Of a DNA stretch of 64,000 nucleotides, positions 8,856-19,370 are shown piece by piece. This stretch comes from Candidatus Eremiobacteria bacterium (GTDB taxonomy: Bacteria; Vulcanimicrobiota; Vulcanimicrobiia; Vulcanimicrobiales; Vulcanimicrobiaceae). Position 1 is the stretch's first letter. Each line of letters opens with the position of its first letter. The DNA is taken from NCBI GenBank assembly GCA_963758295.1, contig CAVWUU010000002.1, forward strand, positions 230,555-294,554, written 5' to 3'. The translations under genes were made by a program, and so were the position numbers. The notes beneath the pieces are model-generated. The model was not told where the DNA came from, did not search any database, and worked only from the letters and a program-made list of their open reading frames with translations.

Positions 8856-9814
8856 GCTTGCGCTTCATCGATAAAAACACCGACTAGATGCACTTCCAGC
8901 TGCAGTTCTACACCGAATTGTTCGCGAACGGCGCGGCGGACGCGTGCAAGAAGCGACGCGACGTCACGCGCACTCGCTCCACCGGTATTATTGATGAAGT
9001 TGGCGTGCAGGTGGGACACTTCCGCGCCGCCTACCCGCCATCCCTTAGCGCCGGCCGCTTCGATGAGCCGGGCCGCCTTGTCGCCCTCGGGATTGCGGAA
9101 ACAAGATCCGGCGTTCGGAAGGGCGATGGGCTGCGTGCTCTTGCGGCGCACGAGGCGCGTCTGCATTTCACCGCGCACCTGCTTAGGGTCGCCTCGTTCG
9201 AACGAAAGCGTCACCCGAGAAACAACCGCGTCGCGCGCCAGCGTGGTGTGGCGATAGTAATACTGAACCGTAATGGGATGCGGATCCGGCTTCGCGGGCG
9301 ACTGGACCCAAACTTCACGGACGAAATCGCCCATCTCGCGGTCCGTCCCGGCGTTCATGCGAAGCGAGCCGCCTACGGTCCCCGGAATACCCGAAAGGGA
9401 GCCGATGCCGATCGCGCCCAGGCTCGCCGCTTTGGCCGTGACGAGTGCCATGTTGGCAGCCGCCCCGGCTTCTACGATCACACGATCGCCCTCAATGCGC
9501 GCGTCGATCGCGGTGAACCCGACTCCCAGGCGCGCAACGATGCCACGCATGCCGCCGTCGCCGATCAGCACGTTGCTGCCCGCACCTAAAACGAACCACG
9601 GGAGGCGGCGCTTGAAGCAGAGGCGCATCGCGGCTGCAAGTTCGGCTTCACTTTCCACCAGGAGCAACGCATCGGCCGGACCACCGACTTTCCACGAGGT
9701 GTACGGGCCCAACGGCGCATCGAAAGCCGCGCGCCCGGTAAAGATCTCGCGCAGCTGCGCGCGGTCGTCGTCGTTGAGGAGCGATTCGCAGGCCTGCGCC
9801 GTGGTGAGGCTCAC
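8852..9814 (-). CDS. murB: UDP-N-acetylenolpyruvoylglucosamine reductase
   Basis: Motifs KVGGPA, GAGSNVL, GIPGTVGG..MNAG, GSCFRNP and HANF. Confidence 0.95.
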   Translation of the reverse strand: MSLTTAQACESLLNDDDRAQLREIFTGRAAFDAPLGPYTSWKVGGPADALLLVESEAELAAAMRLCFKRRLPWFVLGAGSNVLIGDGGMRGIVARLGVGFTAIDARIEGDRVIVEAGAAANMALVTAKAASLGAIGIGSLSGIPGTVGGSLRMNAGTDREMGDFVREVWVQSPAKPDPHPITVQYYYRHTTLARDAVVSRVTLSFERGDPKQVRGEMQTRLVRRKSTQPIALPNAGSCFRNPEGDKAARLIEAAGAKGWRVGGAEVSHLHANFINNTGGASARDVASLLARVRRAVREQFGVELQLEVHLVGVFIDEAQA

Positions 9815-11187
9815 GCCCGGATGCCCGCCTCTTCCACTCGGTGCGCCAGCTTTGCGGCGATGTCGGTGATGTTTCCGGCGCCGAGCATGAGCACCAGCGA
9901 TCCGCGCGGTGCTTCGTCGAAAATGCGTTCTTCCAAATCGTCGACGCGCGGCACGTACGTCACCCGCGTTCCGGCATTTGAAAGCGGTTCGCCGATAGAA
10001 CGTTCGCTCACCCCGGGAATCGGCGTCTCCGACGCAGCATAAACGGGCGCAAGATACACTCGATCGCCGCCGCGCAGCGCGTCGGCAAAATCACGCGCCA
10101 GATACGCGGTGCGCGAGTAACGGTGCGGCTGGAACGCCACGATCACCGGTCCTTGATGGTATTGACGCGCCGCAGCAATCGTCGCGCGGACAGCGGTTGG
10201 ATGGTGCGCGTAATCGTCAACGACGATAAGCCGGTCGTTGCGCGTCAAGATGTCGAAGCGGCGGCGCACCCCGCGAAACGCGCGCAACCCATCGACGATT
10301 TGAGGGAACGGCACTTCGAGCTGCCGAGCCACGGCAATCGCTGCCAGCGCGTTCTGCACGTTGATCGCTCCGGGCACGGCAAGCTCGACCGTTCCGAGGC
10401 ATACGTCCCCCACGATCGCATCAAACCGCATTCCTAATCCTTCGAAATGCATGTTCGCAGCGCGAACGTCGGAACGAGGCCCGAAACCGAACGTTATCGT
10501 AGGTGCGCGGCGCGCGCGTTCGATGAGCGACGCAGCGAGCGGGTCGTCAACGCCGACGATGGCTGCACCGTCTTCGGGAAGTTTCGCGAGAAATTCACTA
10601 AACGCGTTGACGAGTTGCGGCAGTTCGTCGTCGCTCTGAAGATGATCGTTTTCGATGTTCGTGACGATCGCGATTGCCGGATCGAGCAACGCAAACGACC
10701 CATCCGATTCGTCGGCTTCGGTGACGAACCACGGCGAGCTTCCGTCGTGAGCGTTCGTTCCTAATGCGCCGTCGATGCCGCCAAGCACGAGGCTCGCGTC
10801 CACTTTACCGGCGCGCAGCACACTGTGGACCATCGCGGTGGTTGTCGTTTTTCCGTGCGTTCCGCAAATCGCGATCCCGCGACGTTCGCGGACGAGTTTT
10901 GCCAGAAGTTCGCCGCGATGCAGCATCTGGACGCCGAGCCGCTGGGCAGCCACGTACTCGGGATTGCGCCGGTCGATAGCGGAGCTTACCACCACGGTCG
11001 CCGTGCCGTCGACATTTGCAGCGTCGTGACCGATCGCGATCTGAACGCCTTCTTTTCGCAGCCGTTCGATCAGCGGGGTTGCGCGCACGTCTGAACCCGA
11101 CACCGCATCGCCGCGAAGCAGCAGAATGCGCGCGATTGCGCTCATTCCAATGCCACCGACTCCCACGAAATGCCAGCTCTGTGCCAT
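9811..11187 (-). CDS. murC: UDP-N-acetylmuramate--L-alanine ligase
   Basis: Motifs GVGGIGMS, GTHGKTTT, EADESD, DDYAHHP and FQPHRY. Confidence 0.95.
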   Translation of the reverse strand: MAQSWHFVGVGGIGMSAIARILLLRGDAVSGSDVRATPLIERLRKEGVQIAIGHDAANVDGTATVVVSSAIDRRNPEYVAAQRLGVQMLHRGELLAKLVRERRGIAICGTHGKTTTTAMVHSVLRAGKVDASLVLGGIDGALGTNAHDGSSPWFVTEADESDGSFALLDPAIAIVTNIENDHLQSDDELPQLVNAFSEFLAKLPEDGAAIVGVDDPLAASLIERARRAPTITFGFGPRSDVRAANMHFEGLGMRFDAIVGDVCLGTVELAVPGAINVQNALAAIAVARQLEVPFPQIVDGLRAFRGVRRRFDILTRNDRLIVVDDYAHHPTAVRATIAAARQYHQGPVIVAFQPHRYSRTAYLARDFADALRGGDRVYLAPVYAASETPIPGVSERSIGEPLSNAGTRVTYVPRVDDLEERIFDEAPRGSLVLMLGAGNITDIAAKLAHRVEEAGIRA

Positions 11188-12305
11188 TACGCGCCGGTCT
11201 TTCGCGCCGTCATGGCCGCAATCCGGGCGAGAATTGTCGCAATGGGATCGATCTCTTGGAGCCTCTGCGCAGCGCTTTGCATCTTGGCCAACCGTTCGCT
11301 TGCGGTGACATCAGCGAGGATTCCGCGCAGCTTGCCGGCTTGCAATTCGCGATCGTTTACCACGACGGCGGCGCCTGTTTCGGCCAAGCGTTCAGCGTTG
11401 GCGCGTTGATGATCGTCCGCTGCATGCGGATACGGTATGAGAATCGACGGTTTTCCGGTTGCGGCCAGTTCGCCGAGCGTCGATGCGCCGGCCCGCGCCA
11501 GTACGAGATCGCTTGCCGCGAAGGCATCCGAAAGATCGTGCAGGTACGGACGAACGCCGCCGGATTCGGTATCTTTCCCCAGCGCGGAACGCACGCGATC
11601 GTATTCGCGCTCGCCCGTAACGTGAATCAATTGCCAGCCGTCCGGCAGCCCGTCGCTTTTCACAATCGACGTCAACGCATCGTTGATGGAGCGCGCACCC
11701 TGGCTTCCGCCCATCGCGAGCAACGTGCGTCGTTTCAACGAAAGCCCTAGACGCTCAAGCGCCCTTTCACGCTCGGGCAGCGCACGAAGCGACGCGCGCA
11801 CCGGGATCCCCGTGTGCACGTACTTTCGCGCGAAACGTTCGTCGGCTTGCGGGAACGCACCCCACACTTCGTCGACGAGCGGCGCTAAGAGCCGGTTCGT
11901 CAATCCGGGATGGGCGTTGGGCTCGAGCAGCACGATCGGTGCGATGATTCGCTTAAATGCACGAAGCAAACGCGCTGCCAGCACGACCGGAAAGCAGACG
12001 TATCCGCCGGTCGCAATGACAAGCGACGGTTTGATGCGCGAAAGAATCGCAATGCTTTGCAGCGTTCCGCGCATGTTCGCGGAAAACGTCCTGATAAGTT
12101 CGAGCGACGGTTTGCGCGTGAGCGGCCGGCTGGAAACGGTCCGCAGCGGATACCCGGCTTTCGGCACGATGGTCGCCTCGAGCCGGTCGGCCGTCCCGAC
12201 GAAGGTTACCGCAACTTGCGGGTCATTCAGCTTGAGCGCATCCGCAATCGCAATCGCCGGATAGAGGTGCCCACCCGTTCCTCCGCCGGTGAATACGACG
12301 TTCAT
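11187..12305 (-). CDS. murG: Lipid I N-acetylglucosaminyltransferase
   Basis: Motifs GGGTGGHLYP, GGSQGA, RAGAST and HQRANA. Confidence 0.95.
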   Translation of the reverse strand: MNVVFTGGGTGGHLYPAIAIADALKLNDPQVAVTFVGTADRLEATIVPKAGYPLRTVSSRPLTRKPSLELIRTFSANMRGTLQSIAILSRIKPSLVIATGGYVCFPVVLAARLLRAFKRIIAPIVLLEPNAHPGLTNRLLAPLVDEVWGAFPQADERFARKYVHTGIPVRASLRALPERERALERLGLSLKRRTLLAMGGSQGARSINDALTSIVKSDGLPDGWQLIHVTGEREYDRVRSALGKDTESGGVRPYLHDLSDAFAASDLVLARAGASTLGELAATGKPSILIPYPHAADDHQRANAERLAETGAAVVVNDRELQAGKLRGILADVTASERLAKMQSAAQRLQEIDPIATILARIAAMTARKTGA

Positions 12306-12306
12306 G

Positions 12307-13480
12307 TTACTTTGCGCCGACGCGACGATACCGGCCGACGTTTACGATGAGCGCAACGGCCACCAAGTTGACGATCAGCGAACTGCCGCCGAAGGAGATG
12401 AATGGCAGCGGCACGCCGGTAACGGGCCACGACGACGTCACGACGCCGATGTTGATGAAGGCTTGAATCATGATCAACGCAGTGCATCCGAGCGCAAGGA
12501 AAAACCCGAAGCGGTCCGGCGCCCCAATGGCAATTTTCACGGCACGGTACGCGAAGAGCACGAAGAGCGCGAGCACCGCAACGGTTCCCATCAAGCCCAG
12601 CTCTTCGCCGAGAACGGAGAAGATGAAGTCGGTGTACTGCTCGGGGAGATAAAAGAACTTCGCACGCGAAGCGCCGAGGCCCATGCCGAAGAGGCCGCCG
12701 CTTCCCAACGCAAGCAGCGACTGCACGATGTGGAAGCCGGTGTTCTGGGCGTCGCGCCACGGATCGATGAAGGCGAAGATGCGCGCGCGCTTATAAGGGC
12801 TCGCGATAATCGTCAAGATCACCGGCGGCACCGTCGCCGCAAGGATCCAAACGAGATGCATTACTCGTGCGCCGGCCGCAAAGAACATCGTGAATGCCGT
12901 CATCGCGAGCAAACTCGCGGTGCCCATATCCGGCTCGGCGAGCACGAGCACCGCCATAAGAAAGACGGGCAGGCATAAGGGAAACAAGCCCGTTCGGCAA
13001 AGACGTGATACGCTCACCACGCTGCGAAAGCTTCGCGCTCAAGTAGACGATGAGCGCAAGCTTCGCAAATTCGGATGGCTGAAAGCTTACGGACGACGCG
13101 CCGATCCAACGGCGAGCGCCGTTGACCACGATGCCCAGGTGCGGAACAAGCACCATCAGCAACGTGACGATGGACGCGACCAATAGATACGGCGCCGCCT
13201 TTTTCAATTTGTGGTAGTCGATGCGATACGCGCCGTAGGCGCATATGCCGCCGGCGATTAGCCACACGAACTGACGCTTGGCGTAAAATGCCGTGTCGTG
13301 ATGTTCGGAGTACGCCGTCGCGCTCGATGCCGAGTAGATCATCACGAGGCCAATGCCGACGAGCGCGGCGACCGCCGCAAACAACAGCGTATCGGGCGGC
13401 GTCGAAATGTAGGAACGCAGGCCCGAGCTCTCCCGAGGCTCGTACCGCGGCCGTTCGGCAATGCTTCGCGCGTTACGCAC
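12307..13480 (-). CDS. ftsW: SEDS peptidoglycan polymerase FtsW (split by one apparent extra T near 12983)
   Basis: The N-terminal ORF has GARRWI..FQPSEFAK. The C-terminal ORF has EPDMGT, YLPEQYTDFIF and PFISFGGSS. Removing one T from GTTTCCC restores GLVPLCLP. Confidence 0.9.
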
Positions 13481-14874
13481 CGGCAGGTTCCCGCAATGCG
13501 GCTACGGCCGCGACGAATTTTTCGCCCCGGTCTTCGGCCGAACGGAACATGTCGAACGAGGCGCATCCCGGCGAAAGCACCACCACGTCGCCGTGTTTCG
13601 CGAGTTCCCTCGCTTTGCGAACGGCATCGTCCATAGATGCGGCCTGAAGCGTCTTCACGCCGTTTGCCGCTTGGGAAATTTCGCCGGCTGCTTCGCCGAT
13701 CGCAATCAACGCTTTCGCGCGTTGCTTGATCGCGACGCCAAGCTCGATGAAGTCCGTGCCCTTCGAGCGGCCACCGGCGATCAACACGACGGGACGATCG
13801 TACGAGTGAAGCGCCGCGATCACCGAACCCGGATTCGTCGACTTCGAGTCGTCAACGTAGAGCACGCCGTCGATTTCGCCGACCGGTTCGAGCCGGTGCG
13901 GCATCGGCCGGAACGATGCGAGCGCATCGCGCAGCTGAACGGGATCGCATCCAACGGCGAGCGCGGCAAGCATCGCCGCCATGACGTTTTGCACGTTATG
14001 TTCGCCGGCAAGCGGAATATCCGAGCGGCGCAGCAGCCGCACCGGCCGCGGGTCGCCCACAATAGGCGCATACGTAAGCGTCCTCGCCGTGCAAATACAT
14101 CGTCGCATTGTCGTAACGGTCGTGCAGCGTGAACCACAGCTGTCGCGAACGCATGCGCGGTTCGCCCAGCGCTACGTCCAGTGAAGCTACGCGCGCATCA
14201 TCGAGGTTTCCAACGAAAAAATCGCCGGCCGATTGATTGGCGAAAATGCGATACTTCGCTTCCGCGTATTCGTCCATCGAGTGGTAGCGGTCGAGATGGT
14301 CGGGCGCCACATTGAGCAGGACAGCCACGCGCGGCTTGAACGAGCGAATGGTCTCGAGTTGGAACGACGAGACTTCGGCGACAACCCAATCTTCCGGTCG
14401 GGCGCCGAGCACTTCGTTGATGAGCGGATTGCCGATGTTTCCGCCTACGTAAACGGTGCGCCCACACTCCCGCAACAGATGCCCGATGAGCGCCGTCGTC
14501 GTCGACTTGCCTTTGGTACCCGTCACCGCAACGATGGGCGCCTTGCAGAGGCGGTAGGCGATTTCGATCTCACCGAATACGGGAACGTTGTGCTGTTGAA
14601 CGACACGAACGACCGGCGACGTCAACGGAACCCCAGGCGATAGCACTGCCGAGGTAAGCCTTTCGACGATCGAAGAAAGTTCGGACGGCTCGATGAACGT
14701 CGCGCCGCATGACTCGACCGTAGCGATCGCGTCTTCGAGCTCAGCGGGAGGCTTCTCGTCGGTTGCAAACACGGTTACGCCGCGGGAACGCAGGACTTGC
14801 GCCGAGGCAAGTCCACTCTTCCCAAGGCCGATCACGAGCATCGTTTGTTCTGCGTCGAACGTGCCGAGATTCAT
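13473..14874 (-). CDS. murD: UDP-MurNAc-L-Ala--D-glutamate ligase (split by one apparent extra G near 14082)
   Basis: GLGKSG, GTKGKSTT, GNIG, EVSSFQ and DHLDRY are in one frame. HRLE, DDSKSTN and LSPGCASFD are in the next frame. Confidence 0.9.
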
Positions 14875-15833
14875 CGAACGAGTACCCATCCCAGGAGCGA
14901 ACAAAAGAGCGATGCGAACCAAAACCGCGCGGTGACTTTCGTTTCGGGCCAACCGCCGAGTTCAAAGTGATGGTGCAGGGGCGACATGCGGAAGATTCGC
15001 TTTCCGCGCGTCGCTTTGAAATACCCGACTTGCAGAATGACCGAGAGCGCTTCGGCCACGAAGACGGCGCCGATCAATATCAGCAGCAGCATCTCGCCTT
15101 CGAGAATCGCAACGCCCGAGAGCAATGCGCCGAGCGCGAGCGATCCCGTATCGCCCATGAACATTCTCGCCGGGTGGCGATTGTAGATGAGAAATCCGAG
15201 ACACGCGCCGATGCCGAGCAACGAGGCGATACCGGCTGCCGGCATGGTAAGCTCAAACGCGATGGCGGCAAGCACCGCGAGCGGTGGAAGCATCGTTCCC
15301 GTCGCGAGTCCGTCCAAGCCGTCGGTCAGGTTTACCGCGTGGATCGTCCCGGTTACCGCGATGATGCCCAGCACGAGCCAAAGCCAGTGCGGCGCCACAA
15401 GCGCGTACGTTCCGGCGTGAAACAGCACGTCGCGCGGAAAGAGATTGTACGAATCGCCAAGCGCGCGCAAGAAAATAATGGCAAGCAGCGCCGTCGCAAG
15501 ATATTTCGTGCGCGCGCTGAGTCCGAGATTACGGCCGCGACGGATCGCCAGATAATCGTCGATACATCCAACCGCACCACAACCGAGCACCAGCACCGCG
15601 AGCGCCGGCGCAAAAGGCGTATGCCACATCGCAGCCAGCGGCAACATCGCAAGTCCGAAGAGGATACCGCCCATTGTCGGCGTGCCGGTCTTCTTCTGAT
15701 GGGTTTCAGGCGCGTCTTCATAGGCGTGCTGGCGGAACTGCATGCGGCGCAGAAGCGGCAACAGTACTGCACCGCCCGCAACCGCAATGGCGAAGCCGAT
15801 GACGAGGGCTAAAGCCATGGTCGAAAGCGTCAT
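14871..15833 (-). CDS. mraY: Phospho-N-acetylmuramoyl-pentapeptide transferase
   Basis: Motifs KTGTPTMGG, IDD, NLTDGLDG, FMGDTGS and PLHHHFE. Confidence 0.95.
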   Translation of the reverse strand: MTLSTMALALVIGFAIAVAGGAVLLPLLRRMQFRQHAYEDAPETHQKKTGTPTMGGILFGLAMLPLAAMWHTPFAPALAVLVLGCGAVGCIDDYLAIRRGRNLGLSARTKYLATALLAIIFLRALGDSYNLFPRDVLFHAGTYALVAPHWLWLVLGIIAVTGTIHAVNLTDGLDGLATGTMLPPLAVLAAIAFELTMPAAGIASLLGIGACLGFLIYNRHPARMFMGDTGSLALGALLSGVAILEGEMLLLILIGAVFVAEALSVILQVGYFKATRGKRIFRMSPLHHHFELGGWPETKVTARFWFASLFCSLLGWVLVR

Positions 15834-16543
15834 GCGGCTGCGCCCTCTTCACGCAAGAGCGGGTTGCGGCCGCTTGCGCGCCACTTCAAGACGACGATCG
15901 GCGTTTGCTCGTCGCCATTGCCGTGCGGATTATCCAGCAGGGCGCGTTCCACGGTTTCACGATCCACGCCGGTGGATGCGCCGAGCACTTTCGCCTTCTC
16001 CAAATCGTTCGCGTCGACGACGACGCATGCAACGCCCGTTCGTTCGAACACCGCCTGCGAAAACGCATCGGGCTCCCGGGGCGCAAACACGATCGCGCGT
16101 TCGTACGGCGGCAACGTTCCGGTGTACCCGTCGAGCGCCGTAATCGCTTCGCCCATCACTTCGTAAAATACGCCACGCCGGCCGCGCAGACGTCCCAGTA
16201 CGTGCATCACGGCGGCATACACGACCTTCGCCGGGCCGACTTCGTCGATGACGAGTTGCAGCGATTCCGGTTGATTGACTGTGGCCAGCGCCCCCGCACG
16301 GCGCGACAGCGCATAGGCGAGTTTGGAAGGGCGCACGTACTCGGCGGGAACGAACTCGCCTTGCGCGATGGCGACGGCTGTTTCCGAAATGGCGATCGCG
16401 TCGCCGGGACGCGCGATACCGTTCACGGCATCCGAAACGATGGAAAGCAAATCATCGCCCGGACGAACCAAACGCGTACGAACCGGAATTGCGACGAGTC
16501 CTGGCGGGACTTCGGGACGGGTAACGGCAAGCGTGCGGCTCAT
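15830..16543 (-). CDS. CofE-like (coenzyme F420-0:gamma-glutamyl ligase family) amide ligase of unknown substrate
   Basis: Motifs TRLVRPGDDL, AISETAVAIAQG, LDGYTGTLPPY, VVVDANDL and LLDNPHGNGDEQTPIVV resemble the F420_ligase family (recognised from memory, not searched). ATGA overlaps with murF and mraY. Confidence 0.7.
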   Translation of the reverse strand: MSRTLAVTRPEVPPGLVAIPVRTRLVRPGDDLLSIVSDAVNGIARPGDAIAISETAVAIAQGEFVPAEYVRPSKLAYALSRRAGALATVNQPESLQLVIDEVGPAKVVYAAVMHVLGRLRGRRGVFYEVMGEAITALDGYTGTLPPYERAIVFAPREPDAFSQAVFERTGVACVVVDANDLEKAKVLGASTGVDRETVERALLDNPHGNGDEQTPIVVLKWRASGRNPLLREEGAAA

Positions 16544-17916
16544 CCGCGGAACTCCTCGACGATTTCTTCTAATTTGTATTTTCGGGAGCCCTTAAGCAAA
16601 ACCGCATCACCCCGACAAGCATTTACGCGCAGCCACTGCGCCGCTTCGCTATTCGAGCCAAATCGGAAAATGCGCTCCGAGGCAAGCCCTGCATTATGCG
16701 CGCCGAGCGCAAGCTCGTCTGCGAAGTCGCCGCCGAATAGCGCGACGTCGACGTGTATCGCCGCGGTATGCGCGCCGACGCGGCGATGCAGTTGTGCCGC
16801 TTCGTCCCCAAGCTCGGCCATACTGGAGAGCAAAGCAATACGCCGTCTCGCCGGCTCGGCAGCAAAGGCATCGAGCGCTGCAATCGTACCGCTTGCATTG
16901 GCGTTATACGCGTCGTAGATCAGCCGGATACCGTCCACGTCGATCGCTTCGTAACGCCCTTTCGGCAGCTCGATCGTTTCCATTGCGTGCGCAACCTCTC
17001 CAAAGTCCGCACCGAGTTCCAACGCTGCAGCGGCGGCTGCCGCCAAGTTGGAACGGTTGTGATCGCCTGGAACGGTAAGGTTTACCGCGCACTCGCGAAC
17101 GACGCCGTCGAAGCGGTGCACGAACCAATCGCGGCCCAACAGGGCGGTGAGTCTCGAACGTAACGGCATGGTCGCGCCCGGCGCGCCGGCCAAAAACCAG
17201 TGCGGCGCTTCCGGCAACGTCGACGCGCGCGCGCGCGATGCTCGATCGCATTCATTGACGATCGCACGTGCGCCCGTTTCAAAGATCGACCACTTCGTCG
17301 TTTCGAGCCGCTCGCGCGAGCCCATGATTTCCAAGTGCGCGTCACCGACATTCGTGAGGACCGCAACATCCGGTTTCGCAATTTCGGTAAGGACGGCGAT
17401 GTCGCCGTAGTGGCGCGCGCCCATCTCCACGACGAGTACGTCGTGATCTTCGTTCGACGCGTTCAGCAATAATTTGCTTACGCCGATTTCATTGTTTTCG
17501 TTCGCCGGCGCGGCCAAAACCCGATCGCCGTAACGCGTGGCGAGCAGTTGCGCGGTGAAAAACTTCGTCGTCGTCTTGCCGGCGCTGCCGGTGATTGCGA
17601 CGACCCGGCCGGTGAAACGGTCACGCGCCAAACCTGCAAGCGTCATGTACGCTCTCAACGTATCTTTAACTAGCAGCGCCGTTGCACTGGGCGGCAGCAC
17701 CGACGCATCGTCGACAACGAATGCAGCTGCACCCTTCTCCGCCGCTTCCGCAACGAAGGCATGACCGTCAAAGTGTTCGCCTCGGAGCGCCAAAAACGTA
17801 TCGCCGGGTTGCAACGAACGCGTGTCCGTCGTAATACGAAGCAACGCCGGTGCGCGATCGGCGTTGATGACGGAGGCACCCGCTGAAGCACGCGCATCTT
17901 CGAACGCCAGCTTCAC
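16540..17916 (-). CDS. murF: UDP-MurNAc-tripeptide--D-Ala-D-Ala ligase
   Basis: Motifs TDTR, FDGH, ITGSAGKTTTK, NNEIG, EMGA, DAYNAN and KGSR. Confidence 0.95.
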   Translation of the reverse strand: MKLAFEDARASAGASVINADRAPALLRITTDTRSLQPGDTFLALRGEHFDGHAFVAEAAEKGAAAFVVDDASVLPPSATALLVKDTLRAYMTLAGLARDRFTGRVVAITGSAGKTTTKFFTAQLLATRYGDRVLAAPANENNEIGVSKLLLNASNEDHDVLVVEMGARHYGDIAVLTEIAKPDVAVLTNVGDAHLEIMGSRERLETTKWSIFETGARAIVNECDRASRARASTLPEAPHWFLAGAPGATMPLRSRLTALLGRDWFVHRFDGVVRECAVNLTVPGDHNRSNLAAAAAAALELGADFGEVAHAMETIELPKGRYEAIDVDGIRLIYDAYNANASGTIAALDAFAAEPARRRIALLSSMAELGDEAAQLHRRVGAHTAAIHVDVALFGGDFADELALGAHNAGLASERIFRFGSNSEAAQWLRVNACRGDAVLLKGSRKYKLEEIVEEFRG

Positions 17917-19370
17917 GCGTGGGTCTCCCGCCGAATCAACGCGCGCCGCGCCACCGCGACGTCATCGAACGGCAGCGTTTCAGCACCGACGATCTGGTAC
18001 GTCTCATGCCCTTTGCCGGCGATCAGCACAACGTCACCGGGGTGTGCTTCAAGAATGGCGCGTTCGATTGCTGCACGACGATCGGGTTCAACCGTATGGG
18101 CGCGACGGCCCAAACCGCCTTCGATTTCGTGGATGATCGTCAACGGGTCTTCACTGCGCGGATTGTCGTTGGTCAAATAGATACGATCGGCCGTAGCGGC
18201 TGCGACCCGTCCCATTTCGGGGCGCTTTCCGCGATCGCGATCGCCGCCGCAGCCGAACACGACCGAGAGATGATGCGGATGCGCCTCGCGCAAAGCCTTA
18301 AGCGCATGCTCTAATGCATCGGGCGTGTGCGCGTAGTCGACGACGACGTCGACGTCCGCCACCCCAACGTGTTCCATACGCCCCGGGACGCGTTCCAACG
18401 TCGCAAGCCCATGCGCGCTGCTCTTGTCTTCGATGCCCAGCGTGCGCGCTACGGCGATAGCCGCGAGCGCGTTACTTATGTTGAAGCGGCCGGGCATCGC
18501 AATTGAAAACTTCGTTCTGTCCAGATCGAAGCGGCTGCCGCTCGTCGTGGCTTCGACTTGCGACGGGACCAAATCCGCACCTAGACGCAGCCCATATGTC
18601 GTCACCGGAATGCGTCCGCGCAGTTGGGCCGCCCATCGTTCACCGTACGGATCGTCGGCATTCAATACGGCGGCTTCGGTCATCGCGAAGAGCCGGTGCT
18701 TTGCTGCGGCATAGGCTTCGACCGTCTCGTGAAAGTCGAGATGGTCCCGCGTAACGTTCGTTAGCGCGGCAACGCGGAAGCGAATATCTTCAACGCGATC
18801 GAGCGCCAGCGCATGCGAGCTTACTTCCATTGCAACGCCTTGCGCGCCCGCGTCGCGCATCTGTGCCAAGAGCGAATGAAGTTCCGGCGGCAGCGGCGTC
18901 GTATTCGCGAGGGGCCAGGTTCGCTCGCCCAATTCCGCGCCGACCGTTCCGATAACGCCGCACGGACGTCCCGCGGCGTTACAGATCGCCGCAATCATCC
19001 GCGTTACCGTCGTCTTGCCGTTGGTTCCCGTCACGCCCGCTACATCAAGTACGTGCGAAGGATCGCCGTAAAACGCGGCCGCGATCGTAGATAACGCGCG
19101 GCGCGTATCGGGAACGTAGACGACCGTTGCATCGCCTGGGGGTACGGCGCGGCCTTGCTTTACAACGATAGCCGATGCGCCATTCGCAATGGCTTGCGCT
19201 ACGAAGGCGTGGCCGTCGGCGTGCTCGCCGGCAATCGCAACAAAGAGCGACCCGGGACGAACTTCGCGCGAATCGAGCGTCACGGCTTCAATCTTGATTG
19301 AGGTATCACCGGCAAATTCCGTTGCCGCCGGTAAACGGCCCACGAGCGCTTGGAGTTCTACCGCGCTCAC
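17913..19370 (-). CDS. murE: UDP-MurNAc-dipeptide--meso-DAP ligase
   Basis: Motifs VTGTNGKTT, MEVSSH, DHLDFH, VDYAHTPD, FGCGGDRD and GKGHE. DNPR is the meso-DAP specificity motif. Confidence 0.95.
   Translation of the reverse strand: MSAVELQALVGRLPAATEFAGDTSIKIEAVTLDSREVRPGSLFVAIAGEHADGHAFVAQAIANGASAIVVKQGRAVPPGDATVVYVPDTRRALSTIAAAFYGDPSHVLDVAGVTGTNGKTTVTRMIAAICNAAGRPCGVIGTVGAELGERTWPLANTTPLPPELHSLLAQMRDAGAQGVAMEVSSHALALDRVEDIRFRVAALTNVTRDHLDFHETVEAYAAAKHRLFAMTEAAVLNADDPYGERWAAQLRGRIPVTTYGLRLGADLVPSQVEATTSGSRFDLDRTKFSIAMPGRFNISNALAAIAVARTLGIEDKSSAHGLATLERVPGRMEHVGVADVDVVVDYAHTPDALEHALKALREAHPHHLSVVFGCGGDRDRGKRPEMGRVAAATADRIYLTNDNPRSEDPLTIIHEIEGGLGRRAHTVEPDRRAAIERAILEAHPGDVVLIAGKGHETYQIVGAETLPFDDVAVARRALIRRETHA

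Noticed and set aside
12307..14874. Programmed frameshifting in ftsW and murD
   Set aside because: No slippery heptamers at the breaks, and similar indels occur across the window.
14763..16918. Long plus-strand ORFs (349 and 337 aa) opposite the dcw genes
   Set aside because: Arg-rich antisense shadows, common in GC-rich DNA, with no motifs.
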